Assembly (NCBI GenBank): GCA_964016885.1
Contig: OZ024746.1
Span: forward strand, 67,952,001 to 68,016,000
From: Eledone cirrhosa
Taxonomy: Eukaryota
Direction: 5' to 3'
DNA length: 64,000 nt
Under the pieces are notes generated by a model. The model saw nothing but the letters and a program-made list of their open reading frames with translations. It was not told the DNA's origin and did not search any database. Shown piece by piece: positions 1-13,614 of the stretch (positions within the stretch are counted from its first letter, which is position 1; each line of letters opens with the position of its first letter). A program made the translations under genes and the position numbers.

Positions 1-2
1 AT

Positions 3-164
<162 letters not shown>

Positions 165-299
165 TTAAAGCTTGAAAAAATGTATTAATTTATTCACAAA
201 AAATATAACAATTGAACTTATCTAATTCTGTTATGAACCCTATTGACTTTTTTAAATGTTGCTGAAACAGACCATCACCATTTTCTTTGAACTAATTGT

Positions 300-505
300 T
301 TCTACTTTAGGCACAAGACCACCAATTTGAAGGGGAGAAGAAAGTTGATTAAATCGACACCACTATATTACTGGTGCTTTATTTTATCAACCCCATAAGG
401 ATGAAAGGCAAAGCTAACCTTGGTGGGATTTGAATTCATAATGTAAAGGGCCATAACTCTATGCTGCAAAGCACGGTGTCTGATACTCTACCAATACTGA
501 CATGA
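300..505 (-). mobile_element. tRNA-derived SINE family 1 copy (diverged)
   Basis: Reverse complement of the family-1 body (ggatgaaaggcaaagctaacc...gggatttgaattca; B-box on the minus strand). Confidence 0.8.
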
Positions 506-1459
506 AATAATAGTGCTGTTTTCTCTATGCTGTATATGCTTGTAAGTACAGGGTTTTAGTTATGTATCTTTCCATGTGTTTTTTTTTATCATTCCTAGAG
601 CACCTATTATTTTAAGAATTGTTCTGTTTATATCATTCACATTTAGGGTATTTCTATCTCTAGATCTTTATATTTGGATTTCTCTAATTCCTTGATGGAT
701 ATAATGTCATCTGTGTGAAATTTGAAAACAGAACACAAAGTGGTGAAACTAAATACAGCCTGACACTTTAATACCTGTCATATTATAATGGGTGCTACTT
801 TGAGTTCTTTGAACTTTATTGTGACAGTAAATCTGTCTTAATCAATGATAAATCTAATATATTGTTTTTATAAAAGCTTTGTTGTTTCTTTGTGTTAATA
901 ATGGTGAAGAAGGTGGTGCTAGAGAGTTTTAGAAACTAATAGTTTGTATTGTTCCTATCCTGAAATGATTCTTCTCAATTTTTGTTCATATATTTTCTGA
1001 TTAATTTAAAGCTAATCTATTTCTTTAATGCAGCTACACAACAAATATCTAATTGAAAATATTTTTTGGTGAATATCCAACATAAAATGATGATTATGAT
1101 CATCATCACAATATCGACTTTTATTGAAAACACAATATCGACTTTTATTGAAAACTAAGTGTTTAACTTTGGTCTCATCATCATAGCAATAACTGTCATC
1201 AAAATGTAAGATGGAGGTAAATATGATATAATAATCACCATCACTACATTCCTTCATTTTCAGACAGATAGACATATGGCCAGACAAACAGACACACACA
1301 TATATAATTAAGGATGATATTCTGGAAGGGATTTGGAAAAACCACAGCTAAGTAAGGTACACAATACGTTATTAGAAATTAAGCATATTCATTTTATATA
1401 GACATGACTTATACAGAATTAGAACTGTTTCATTCATATAAAATCATCAGAAATACATA

Positions 1460-2316
1460 TCTATATATCTAAAACAGATAATGTCTGTCTGTCTGTCTCC
1501 CTAAAACTCGAGAACCACCCAACTGATTTTTTTCAAACTTTACACATGTAATACTTATGGTCGTGTGAGTGTTTGGAGCAAAAAATATTTCAAATTTTCA
1601 ATGCTCCAGGTACCGCATTAGGCGAAAAACCGCATATTTTAGGCTTTAAAGGCTTTTTTGAGGCATAACGGAACAATAATCCAGGCGATTTCTTCAAAAT
1701 TTGCATTACTTATGTCATTTAAAGTGCTTTGAGCAAAAAATATTTTCTCATTTTTTGCCCCAGGGACCGCATTAGGCGAAAAACTGATTTTTTAAAGCAT
1801 TTTGGTTGCGTTAGGGCCTGTAACTCGAGAAGTACCCAACCGATTTTTTAAAAACTTTGCATATGCATTACTTATGTTTCACAAATTTTCTTGACTGAAA
1901 AAGATTTCAAATTTTTGACAGGGAACCGCATTGTTTAGCATTTTGGTTGCGTTAGGGCCTGTAACCTTAAAAGTATCCAACTAAATTCCTTCATTCTCTC
2001 CACCACTGCAGTCCCACATGCTTACTGCTCTGTAACTATTGCTTTCATTGTATCATAACACAAAAAATACATGTTCGGTTTGTCGAATGCCTTTTTACTT
2101 AATCCTATCGTCTTGGCTTTTGTGGGTTGAACATTTTACTCTCAGGCACTCAATTAAGTTAAACCCCTGGTAATCTATGACAAATCTTTTTTATAAGCAC
2201 AAAATGTAGACACCATCCTCAGGCCGAGGTATTCCGTACTTCTCTGTACTGTTTCAGAAAGGAGGGATAAACATGCCAATCTATGTTTAGAATCCCGAGC
2301 AACGCCGTTCTGCTAG
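1460..2316 (+). mobile_element. Non-autonomous Helitron
   Basis: Boundaries A|TCTATATATCTAAAA...CTAG|T, i.e. insertion in an AT dinucleotide with no TSD. (GTCT)n tract near the 5' end, subterminal CCCGAGCAACGCCG hairpin remnant, and internal ~120-140-bp sub-repeats (accgcattaggcgaaaaac; gcattttggttgcgttagggcctgtaac). Confidence 0.8.
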
Positions 2317-2689
2317 TTCTTTCTAAATCTTGCCAAATAATTACAGCATGTTTTGCTGAGGAGATCTAATGAAGCTAGATGTCTTTATAGACAAGGTCTA
2401 TTCCCATCTGCATCACCTTCATTTTCCAAAAAATTTAACTAGCTGATTTCATTGAAGTTATCCCCCTTATCTGTTGTTTTTAGGTTTCAAGTATTCCTCA
2501 AAGGAGTTTTGTCTACTAACAGCATGGATAATTTCAGTTAATGAAAGTTTTGTGCTTTTTAACTCACTATATTACATACATGAGACATTACATCATGTAA
2601 TATTATGAGTATTTTTTTCACATTGTCCAGCTATTTTATTCAATGAGTAAAACTACACTGATACCATCATTATTTTCAATACCCTCTCC

Positions 2690-3000
2690 TTCTCCTTTGC
2701 TCAATCATTCCTATGGAGGTTGAAGGGGCAGAGTCCTCAAGCATGCCTTCTATTGGGTCCTGTCAAAAGCAACTAACTCCAATTAATCTGGCTGGATCCC
2801 AAGCGAGACCATCTGAGCTCATGAAATTTATCCAACCTTTTTGCTCAGGGTCTTCCCATGGGTCTCCTGCCTGTTGGTTTTGTTCATAAAATCTGTCCAG
2901 CAATTCTTTCCTGAGGCCTTCTAACCACGTCTGTAATATCAGAGCTATTATCTCTCAATTCTGAGAAGTAGCAGCTCTTCCTGGAGTGACTCTCTCATCT
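2690..3000 (-). mobile_element. Decayed 3' end of an RTE-clade LINE (Expander/Rex3-like C-terminus)
   Basis: Minus-strand translation pieces LLLLRIER, RRPQERIAGQIL, KPTGRRPMGRP and WSRLGIQP, with stops and frameshifts. Confidence 0.7.
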
Positions 3001-5111
3001 CCAGTGGCAGGAGGACTACTTAGTTCAGTCAAGTGGTCAAATATGCCATCCAAGCAAAGGAGACTTACAAAACTTGGCTTGGAAATAAGTCCTCCTTATT
3101 GCACTTGCAGTGCACTTTCTATAATACCAACATAATTCTGAGGTGAACTGTGAAAACAATAATATAGTCATATAATAAAATGTGGAATATGCAAATATGT
3201 GATGGTCAATGTCAGTAACAATTATTTTACAGGAGAGGTTATGGAAGTTATTTGATACTTTTATTTACTAGCTTACTTCCAAAATAACATCATCACTTTC
3301 TCTGTTTTTCAATCCCAGACAAAGAGTAAATGACTGAAATATTAGATTCTTCACTCCTTATGGCAATTAAACTCATCAAACTCTTACAAGAATTCTTTCA
3401 TGACAGTTGTGGTTACATGTGGAGTAAAGGAATTATAATTTAAAGTAAAGTCTGATAGAGAATTATTCCTAAAGAAAAATGTCTGATCATTTGTTAATAG
3501 AAAAACAAGTTAATAGGGATCCTGATTATTTGTGATGATGATGTTGTTAGTGGTGGTGGGGAGTAGAGAGCAAAACAGATAAAAGGAATACAGTATTCAC
3601 ATGCAATTTTACTTCACTTTGTCTATTTAGAATAAATCTATATAAGTTTTAAGAAAAATCAATGAAGTCTATTTTATTGTGTCTGGACTTGTAACTGTTT
3701 ACAAGACAGCAGCACTGATATGACATTTACTGAGATATCATGAAATATTTAAACCTGACGATTATACAAAGACCACTGATTTAATGAAGAACTGTCAGCT
3801 GCACACAAAGCAGCTACTAATTTTATCTGATGTTGATATGGTTAAAAAGTTCACTTCACAGATCGACAGTTTTGGGTTCAATTCTCATTGCATGGGACCT
3901 TCTACTCTAGCCTCAGATCATGAATTTGGTAAATGAAAACATTGAGGAAGCCTACTGTATGTGAATATATATATATAAGCAAAAGGCAAAAGTAAATGGA
4001 GGAGAAGACAATACATTCAAAAACAAAATTTACTCCTTAGAGTGTTTATCTAGTCATAATATCAATATAACAGCTTTATATATATATATGCATGCGTATG
4101 CATACATATTATTATAACAAATATGTTCTTAGAATCTTCAGAGAAGAAACATTATTGTTTTTAATGAAGTTGCTGAAAGGTAGTCCAATCTATACAGGAG
4201 CGAACAAAATTTACCATTACTGGAATAATTATTTGGAGGTATACTAAGAGACAAATATATGTCGGAGTACATGCCTTAGTCCGAACGACTTTAAATGAGG
4301 ATTAATATATATATAATTTTCACCATTTTACATCCAGATGCTCACGGCGTCTGAAGATATCTTATCTCTTATTTACAAAATAATTTTAATAATATGTTGT
4401 AATACACTAATATATAAAGAATGTTTTGCACCAATTAATAAAATGTCTGAAATATTTGATCACAGATAATTATTTCCTAGCGATTTAATCTCCTTATCCA
4501 ATAGAGTTGTAATTAATAAGTTTGATAGTCTAGACACTAGCAAAAGTTTGAATAATAAAATATTAATAGCATAATCAAATTGTCAAAATTTTTTTACATT
4601 ACTAAGTGATTTTTCGATGAACTACTTCATAAAGTAAGATGACAAATATGCTTTACTGATTAAGTCTTTAGATAAAAACATTGATCAAAGTTATCTCCCA
4701 TACTAAACAAATAAATAAAAATAATATTGACAACAGACTAATATTGTTTTTGTTTTCTCCTTAACACATAATTATTCCTAGTTAGCTTTTTTTTAACGCT
4801 CCTTGTATTGAATATGTTAAGACTAACTATCAATATAACAAACCTACTTCATTTAACACCAAACTTCAAATATTTTATATCAATTTTTCTACACTGACAC
4901 AAGTTATTATTTTTTGATTGCATACATTTGTGAACAACACTGTTGTTGAATAATTGTGCTGAAATAAGATTCTAATGAGCTGATCACGTTTTGTACATGT
5001 GTGCCAGTGAAAGTTACAATATATATATATGTAGATCCCGAGTGATATTGGGGATAACCACAGTAAATAAAGTACTTAATACATTAGTATAGTGAAAACA
5101 ATGAAACAATG

Positions 5112-5235
5112 AAATTTAATATAGAAATGGCTTCTACAGGACTAGAACTGTTTCATACACATGAAATCTTCAGGAATGCTCTGATGATTCATACTAATAA
5201 AATAGTCCTGTAGAAGCCATTTCTATATTAAATTT
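5112..5235. repeat. 33-bp perfect inverted repeat around a hammerhead-like core (Penelope-like end)
   Basis: aaatttaatatagaaatggcttctacaggacta at 5112-5144 and its reverse complement at 5203-5235. The spacer contains minus-strand CTGAAGA...GAAAC. A related motif lies at about 1421-1453. Confidence 0.75.
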
Positions 5236-5237
5236 TG

Positions 5238-5238
<1 letters not shown>

Positions 5239-5294
<56 letters not shown>

Positions 5295-5420
5295 AATGTA
5301 AGTATGTATGTATACGTACATACATATATGTATACAGACGTACAGTAGCATGCATATATATATATATATATATATACATACATATATATACACATATGCA
5401 TACAGGTACACATACATATA
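5239..5420. repeat. (TA)n-based compound microsatellite
   Basis: Seen directly; it produces the YIYI ORFs. Confidence 0.95.
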
Positions 5421-5556
5421 TGCACGCATCAGTTTAGCCGACGTTTATTATAACGCCTGCTTTGTTCGTTTGTTTGTCAACAAATCGAACAGCCTGAATT
5501 TATGCCATACGGTGTTAAGGCAACCACGTCACCTTTTTGTTCAACACTGACACAGG

Positions 5557-5601
5557 AACGATGTACTAGTTTCAAGCTTGTTAGCTATCATCAGTACCGT
5601 T
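5557..5601 (-). ncRNA. Minimal type-I hammerhead ribozyme motif
   Basis: Minus strand reads acggta CTGATGA tAGCT aaca AGCTt GAAAC TA GTA catcgt. Canonical core, stem II, palindromic stem III (ACTAGT), GUA triplet and an imperfect stem I. Confidence 0.7.
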
Positions 5602-5719
5602 TACCCATCTGCCAGATAGTTGAACGTTCGAAAGTATATACTTTCCTTATGAAAATTAACGGCTGAGCAGCCTAATTTGCATATTGAGTGAGTTAAATCG
5701 GTCAGGCATACCGAAAACG

Positions 5720-5887
5720 ATAAGTTGAAAAAAATGAAAACGAAATTTCATTTCTCACTCTTAGTATGGCACTTACTTAAATGTAAGTATGTATGTATAC
5801 GTACATACATATATGTATACAGACGTACAGTAGCATGCCATACTAAGAGTGAGAAATGAAATTTCGTTTTCATTTTTTTCAACTTAT
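5720..5887. repeat. 52-bp perfect inverted repeat enclosing a ~60-bp segment duplicated from about 5294-5353
   Basis: Arms at 5720-5771 and 5836-5887. The spacer aaatgtaagtatgtatgtatacgtac...gtagcatgc is a direct copy of the upstream segment. Confidence 0.85.
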
Positions 5888-6049
5888 ATATATATATATA
5901 TATATGAAAGGTAGAACAATGGGAAAAATACAAAAGGAAAAAAATTGTTCTGTCAAAAAAACTCTATACTAAAGATGCAGGATTAATATACATCACAGTT
6001 AAAGGTAATCTCGATAATTTTTCCATTAATAAACTTGGTTATATATTGC

Positions 6050-6255
6050 CAGTCGATTGACTTTTGTCAAATCGGACCTAGGAAACAATGTTTCTGTTGG
6101 TCTTTCTAATTGCTAATACTTTCTATCGGGTGCAACTCCAGGTAAAAGGAGCAACGTGAAATAAAGTGTCTTGCATTGCCCGGTCCAGGAATTGAATTCA
6201 CAACCTCACGATTGTGAATGTAATTCTCTAACCATTCAGCCACATGCCTTCACTG
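6050..6255 (-). mobile_element. tRNA-derived SINE family 2 copy
   Basis: Reverse complement of the copy at 23462 (gtgaaggcatgtggctga...gagttcgattcc). Confidence 0.8.
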
Positions 6256-6355
6256 GTTATATATATATAAGGGCGGTGCCCCAGCATGGCCTCAGCCGGA
6301 TGGCTGAAACAGGTAAAAGGGTAAAAGAGTAATATGTATATATATGTATAGTCCG

Positions 6356-6389
<34 letters not shown>

Positions 6390-6391
<2 letters not shown>

Positions 6392-6651
6392 CGAAATAAA
6401 TGAGGTCGTGTAGGCGTCACGAAAAAAAAACACAGTCCATGCTGTAATGTGGCCGTGTAGGTAACACGGTAAAAACCTCCCAGTCCACACTGTAAACGTG
6501 TTTGGTGTTAGGAAGGGCATCCAGCCGTAGAAAACCTGCCAAACAGTCCTATACGAGCAAGACAACCAATCTTGCCTCAAGTGGGAAAACTCCCGTCCAA
6601 ATCCATGCAAGCGTGGAAGATGGACGTTAAACGATGATGATGATGATGATG
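6390..6651 (+). mobile_element. RTE LINE subfamily B 3' UTR fragment with (GAT)n tail
   Basis: Matches 19575-19842 and ends in gatgatgatgat. Confidence 0.85.
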
Positions 6652-7361
<710 letters not shown>

Positions 7362-7417
7362 CGGTTTCAACACACGTTTTCAGATAAAGAATCTTGCTAA
7401 ACAAATTCAGAAACGAA

Positions 7418-7480
<63 letters not shown>

Positions 7481-7522
7481 TATATATGTATATATGTATA
7501 TGTATATATATGTATATATATG

Positions 7523-7576
<54 letters not shown>

Positions 7577-7735
7577 TGTATGTGTGTGTGTATATATATA
7601 TATATGTGTGAATAAGACCCGTCCCACCCTTGCAAGCAGGGAAAAGCGGACGTAAAATGATGATGATGATGATGATGATGATGTGTGTGTATGTATATAC
7701 ATATACATACACACACACACACATATATATACATA

Positions 7736-8296
7736 TATTCTTCTCCCCATGTTTTTCATATATATTTACCTAAACTGCGATTATCTGTTTCTCTCTTTCT
7801 CTCTTACTGCTCCCCCGTTCTCTCTGTTTCTCTTTACCTTCTTTCGTCCCCTCTGTCAGTTAACACTTTCTCTCAACTGACCTCTTCCTCGCACTTCCAC
7901 TCACTCGCTCTCTGTTTCTCCCCTTCTCACTTCCTCCCATTTGGTTAATAGTGGGGTCCTTTCTTGCTCACATCTCACTCACGTCGGACGGTCTGTATTT
8001 TGATCGCTCATGAAATTCACCCAGCTTATGCTGACCGGATAACCATGTTGCTTGTTTTTTTCCTACCTTCGGTTTGCTTTTCCTTCTATGTTGTTTACTT
8101 GTCTCACTCGCTTTACGCGACTCACTTGTCCCAATAGCTTATTTTAGTTATTGCTCGCACCAACCTGAGGTATATGATTTTTAATGCGATGAAATACTAA
8201 TGATGGTTGGCAAATCACTGATGAGGGACTAATTTTATAATATGTAATCCATGTGCAACCATGCAGTATTCTTCTCCCCATGTTTTTCATATATAT
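7736..8296 (+). mobile_element. Penelope-like pLTR remnant bounded by a 30-bp direct repeat
   Basis: tattcttctccccatgtttttcatatatat occurs at 7736-7765 and 8267-8296. Pyrimidine-rich body, and a broken hammerhead core CTGATGA GGGA...TCC at about 8218 that lacks GAAA. Confidence 0.55.
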
Positions 8297-8605
8297 ATAT
8301 ATATATATATTATTGCACAGAATTCCTTGTTATGTACATTTCATGATGCAACATTAGATTTTTGTCTGTTTATATTTTAGTGCAAATAATTTTGACTGTT
8401 GAGACATTTATCACATAAAACTGAGTAACTGCAGAGGTGAGACTAGATGTGTACAATAGATGATTATATTCTACATTATGTATTGAGTAAGCTCCCCTTA
8501 TTTATGATACAAAAATCATATAACATATGAGTGTTTATGTATATCTGTGTATACTCTTGCTGCTCTCAGTTATTGGAATGTGGCCATGTTGGAGAGCTAC
8601 TTTAA

Positions 8606-8798
8606 CCCTTTCGCATTTAAACTAGCTGTATCCAGCCAGAATTCTTTCACCTCCTTCTGTTCAAACCACCCATATTTATGTTAAGGTATTGTTCTCAAAA
8701 TAAATAATATCAAAATCTTGTAGATTCTATATTATGTGAGATAATTATGTGATATAATGTGTTTACCGTGAAAATACAATAGTTAATATGCTAAAGGG
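8606..8798. mobile_element. piggyBac-like MITE
   Basis: TTAA|CCCTTT...AAAGGG|TTAA termini. Decayed relatives lie at about 29680-29930, 38428-39082, 46505-46740 and 50041-50215. Confidence 0.65.
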
Positions 8799-8974
8799 TT
8801 AATGGTTTAACTAATCATATCAAGCCCAGTAATATTTATTTTCAAGTCTGGTCCTTATTTTCTCAATTTTTATTTGTCAAACTAACGCACAGGACAAAAT
8901 CAAATAGAAATGGAGGTTAAAGTAAACACAGACATTGACACATACTTGCATGTACATATATATATATAAAATGT

Positions 8975-9118
8975 ATAGTCTCCTCTTCTCAAATTTCACT
9001 TACAAAGCATTGGTCAATGCAAGGCTATAGTAGAAGAAACTTGCTCAAAGTGCTATGCAGTGTGACTGAAAAATGAAACCCCATAATTAGACAGGAAACT
9101 CCTTAGCCAAACAGCCAT
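8975..9118 (-). mobile_element. Old tRNA-derived SINE family 3 copy
   Basis: Motif caaatttcact...gcattggtcaa...aggctatagtagaagaaacttgctcaaagtgc. It recurs at about 3835-3960, 24710-24870, 27835-27960, 45260-45420 and 62450-62600. Confidence 0.7.
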
Positions 9119-10549
9119 ATATATGTGAGTTTGAAAGTATTGAAATATCGTGCTATATGAAATTTGTCAATAAAGCTATAATATTTATGATACTATACAA
9201 TATTATCTAGTTTTTATTCATATATTTCACAATAAAATACAATATGTCTGTGACTTGCAGAATTACTTAGTATTGTCTGGACAAAATTACCTATGATTAG
9301 AATATTTTGAAACCTTCATTCAATACTTATTTCACACAATAGAGTAAATTACTGAAAATGTTGTAACTAGTAGGTCTACTGAACTAATTAGCTCAATTGA
9401 ACTTGAGAAGGTATAATACAACTGTCTTTCTCATATCAGACAGAGTCCTTTGAGTGTAGGACAAATTACTTTGTGGTATTTGTTCTGCTGTCTGAGTTCA
9501 AATTCCACCAAGGTCAACTTAGGCTTTCATCCTTTCAAGGACAATATAAAAAAATACCAGTTCAATACTGGGGTCATTTCTTCCTCTATATATTTCTTTC
9601 TCACCTCTCCTCTACCAATCTCTCTCCTTCTCTGGAAGAGATAGGCTGTGTTCAGATCTGGGAGGTGATGGGCTTTGCCAGGTTTAAAAATTGCCCAAGA
9701 AAAAACACTGACGCTACAGTGCCCTTACGTCTCTTGAAATTTAAATCCCACTGTGTCTTCTTTGGGTGGCAGATTTAACTGAATGAGCACAATGAAATGC
9801 TTTCACTATACTCTGTAAAGTAATTGATGTTAGGAAGGACATCTAGCCATAGAAACCATGTCAAAGGTAAGCAAGTTGTGGGGCCTTGAACTTTTGGAAG
9901 GAGGACTGTAACTTTGATTAAGTACAAACTTAGTCTATAACCAACCAATGCCAGCATGGAAAAGGAGGAAGTCAGATGATGATGATAATGATATCTTGAG
10001 AAATATGTCTTGTTGAATTTAGATATGAAATACATCCCTTTATGCCAAGGTGAGCTTTATCTTTCATTATATAGGATAAAAAAAAATGTAGAAAAGTATT
10101 TCGTCAATATAATCATCTAAAATGTTTGAGGGTAGTACCCCAGCATGGCCACAGTCCTAAGACTAAAACCAGAGAAAGAATAAAAGAATATTTATCCTGT
10201 TCAGGAATACATATATTTCCTAGTTATGCATCTTTCAGCAATAATAATATGATTTACAATGGAAATTACATTATTGAACAACCTATGTTCCTTCATGTTC
10301 TGCTTTACAATAATGTTAATTTATCTTTATAGGTATTTAAATATTCTGTTTGTTTGAAACTGAATATTCATACTGATTTGACAAATAATATCATAGAATG
10401 GACAACAACATTGATTATCTTTATGAATAAATTTGTTTTTGCTTTTACAAATTTGTTACTATCCTGCAAAATTCTCCACTTCATTTATTTATTCACAATC
10501 TATTTTTAAAAATTTGTCCGCAACATTAAAAAAAAAAATAATGGTAAAG

Positions 10550-12300
10550 CTTGGTCAATATAAGGCTATGTTCGATGATACTAGCTCAAGGTACTGTGTG
10601 GTTAATCTAAGGCTATGCTAGATGACACAAGCTCAAGGTACTGTGTGGTTAATCTAAGGCTATGCTAGATGACACAAGCTCAAGGTACTGTGTGGTTAAT
10701 CTAAGGCTATGCTAGATGACACTAGCTCAAGGTACTGTGTGGTTAATCTAAGGCTATGCTAGATGACACTAGGTTAAGGTACTGTGCGGTTAATCTAAGG
10801 CTATGCTAGATGACACTAGCTCAAGGTACTGTGTGGTTAATCTAAGGCGATGCTAGATGACACTAGCTAAAGGTACTGTGTGGTTAATCTAAGGCTATGC
10901 TAGATGACACTAGCTCAAGGTACTGTGTGGTTAATCTAAGGCTATGTTAGATGATACTAGCTCAAGGTACTGTGTGGTTAATCTAAGGCTATGTTAGATG
11001 ACACTAGCTCAAGGTACTGTGTGGTTAATCTAAGGCTATGTTAGATGACACTAGCTCAAGGTACTGTGTGGTTAATCAAAGGCTATGTTAGATGATACTA
11101 GCTCAAGGTACTGTGTGGTTAATCTAAGGCTATGCTAGATGACACTAGCTCAAGGTACTGTGTGATTAATTTAAGGCTATGTTAGATGACACTAGCTCAA
11201 GGTACTGTGTGGTTAATCTGAGGCTATGTTAGATGACACTAGCTCAAGGTACTGTGTGGTTAATCTAAGGCTATGTTAGATGATACTAGCTCAAGGTACT
11301 GTGTGGTTAATCTAAGGCTAAGCTAGATGACACTAGCTCAAGGTACTGTGTGGTTAATCTAAGGCTATGGTAGGTGATACTAGCTCAAGGTACTGTGTGG
11401 TTAATCTAAGGCTATGTTAGATGATACTAGCTCAAGGTACTTTGTGGTTAATCTAAGGCTATGCTAGATGACACTAGCTCAAGGTACTGTGTGGTTAATC
11501 TAAGACTATGCTAGATGACACTAGCTCAAGGTACTGTGTGGTTAATCTAAGGCTATGCTAGATGACACTAGCTTAAGGTACTGTGTGGTTAATCTAAGGC
11601 TATGGTAGGTGATACTAGGTCAAGGTACTGTGTGGTTAATCTAAGGCTATGTTAGATGATACTAGCTTAAGGTACTGTGTGGTTAATCTAAGGCTATGCT
11701 AGATGACACTAGCTTAAGGTACTGTATGGTTAATCTAAGGCTATTTTAGATGACACTAGCTCAAGGTACTGTGTGGTTAATCTAAGGCTATGTTAGATGA
11801 CACTAGCTCAAGGTACTGTGTGGTTAATCTAAGGCTATGCTAGATGACACTAGCTCAAGGTACTGTGTGGTTAATCTGAGGCTATGTTAGATGGCACTAG
11901 CTCAAGGTACTGTGTGGTTAATCTGAGGCTATGTTAGATGGCACTAGCTCAAGGTACTGTGTGGTTAATCTAAGGCTATGTTAGATGATACTAGCTCAAG
12001 GTACTGTGTGGTTAATCTAAGGCTATGCTAGATGACACTAGCTCAAGGTACTGTGTGGTTAATCTAAGGCTATGGTAGGTCAAGGTACTGTGTGGTTAAT
12101 CTAAGGCTATGCTAGATGACACTAGCTTAAGGTACTGTGTGGTTAATCTAAGGCTATGTTAGATGACACTAGCTCAAGGTACTGTGTGGTTAATCTAAGG
12201 CTATGCTAGATGACACTAGGTTAAGGTACTGTGTAGTTAATCTAAGGCTATGGTAGGTGATACTAGGTCAAGGTACAGCTTGGTCAATCTAAGCTTATGG
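10550..12300. repeat. 47-bp minisatellite, about 37 tandem copies
   Basis: Unit CTAAGGCTATGYTAGATGACACTAGCTCAAGGTACTGTGTGGTTAAT, head-to-tail with no spacers. One unit near 12070 has an internal deletion. Confidence 0.97.
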
Positions 12301-12784
12301 TACATCACCATGGGATTAAACCTAGAGCCACATGATTGCAAAACTCCATAACAACATATCCATGATAGAGATTGATAAAAGGGTGCTCAATATTTTGGTG
12401 ATATGAATACAGTGTATACATATGCAACAAGCCAATTTTTTTAGGATTTGATCTGAAAGAAGAAGCATTGGCTATAGCTTATGGAATCCCTTTAAAACTG
12501 ATGGGATCAACACAGTTAATATACCTATTGAACACTCGATATTGGCAAGAAAAACATGAGCTAGGAGGAAGTGAATATAACACTATCAAATGAATTATTT
12601 AAGATGTCAAGGTATGGTTTGAGAATGATTTAGTAGCTGTTTTTGTGATCGTATTGTCCAAACGATGTAGAGGATCCCTATCTGTCCCTGGAAAGTTATT
12701 TTATTTTTCATAGGCAATAAATTAGATTTAAAGGATTAGAGAACAGGTATTCAGAGTCTATCTCCAAACAATATAGAAACTTAC

Positions 12785-12898
12785 ACTAATAACAGAAGTA
12801 CCATTCACAGTAACAGCATCAGCAAAGCGAACCCTAGTAGGGTTGCTCCTTAGGCGGGCTTTCTTGGCAGGTGTTAAAAAAGCAGATCTTCGACCAGC
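12785..12898 (-). CDS. FRMPD4: FRMPD4-like coding exon (PDZ-FERM basic linker): AGRRSAFLTPAKKARLRSNPTRVRFADAVTVNGTSVIS
   Basis: 114-bp exon, phase 0/0. Acceptor ttttctatttctttcag| and donor |gtaagt. SAFLTPAKKARLRSNPxRVRF corresponds to the conserved [21 protein letters not shown] motif of FRMPD4. Confidence 0.93.
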
Positions 12899-13019
12899 CT
12901 GAAAGAAATAGAAAATAATATATTTTCAATACATATTTAAAAATTTTTATCAAATAAATGGTAAAGTGCAGTGGTAAACAAATAATATCTTGAAATAAAA
13001 TTATTATAAATCTAATGAC

Positions 13020-13095
13020 TGTGCTGAATAAGACCCGTCCCACCCTTGCAAGCAGGGAAAAGCGGACGTAAAATGATGATGATGATGATGATGAA
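13020..13095 (+). mobile_element. Extreme 3' tip of RTE subfamily C with (GAT)n tail
   Basis: gtgctgaataagacccgtcccacccttgcaagcagggaaaagcggacgtaaaatgatgat. The same tip occurs at about 7607-7682 (+) and 15986-16035 (-). Confidence 0.85.
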
Positions 13096-13614
13096 TGACA
13101 TATATTTTTATTGTCAACAAGAGTGTAATATTGACTGCTTAATATCTTTTTTCCTTCTCAACCTCTCTCTCACATGCTCTCTCTCTGTAGTATTTATTTC
13201 ATTTCTCAGAATTGCTTTTCATTCTGCTTTTACCTGGTCACTCTAGCAGAAATCTAACCTTGGCTGAATCTCTAGCAGACCTACAGTAGCACTAGAAATG
13301 TCACAAGACTAAAGAGTCTTCTTTACAATACATTGTCTTTGTTCAAGCAAAATATGGTTGCAAGAGTGAATGATTACCAAGTGCGTGAAAGATGAAAGAG
13401 TATGAAAATGATTAGAAGAAAAGAATGTGGCAGGAGAGTGATTAATGGCAGGGAGAAAAAGATAGGTAGCAACATACTTATTGTCAGCAATGAGATTGAC
13501 TAGGAAACAGCGTGTGTTGGTGTGATAGAGAAGAAGGAGTGATAGGGTGAGATAGGGTGCTGAAGAGGGAGTATTTATTTCATCAATCAGAACTAGCATT
13601 TTTATTTAAAATCC

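Noticed and set aside
10550-12300. Regular array that might be taken for CRISPR
   Set aside because: The units are contiguous 47-mers with no unique spacers, there are no cas genes, and the context is a eukaryotic intron.
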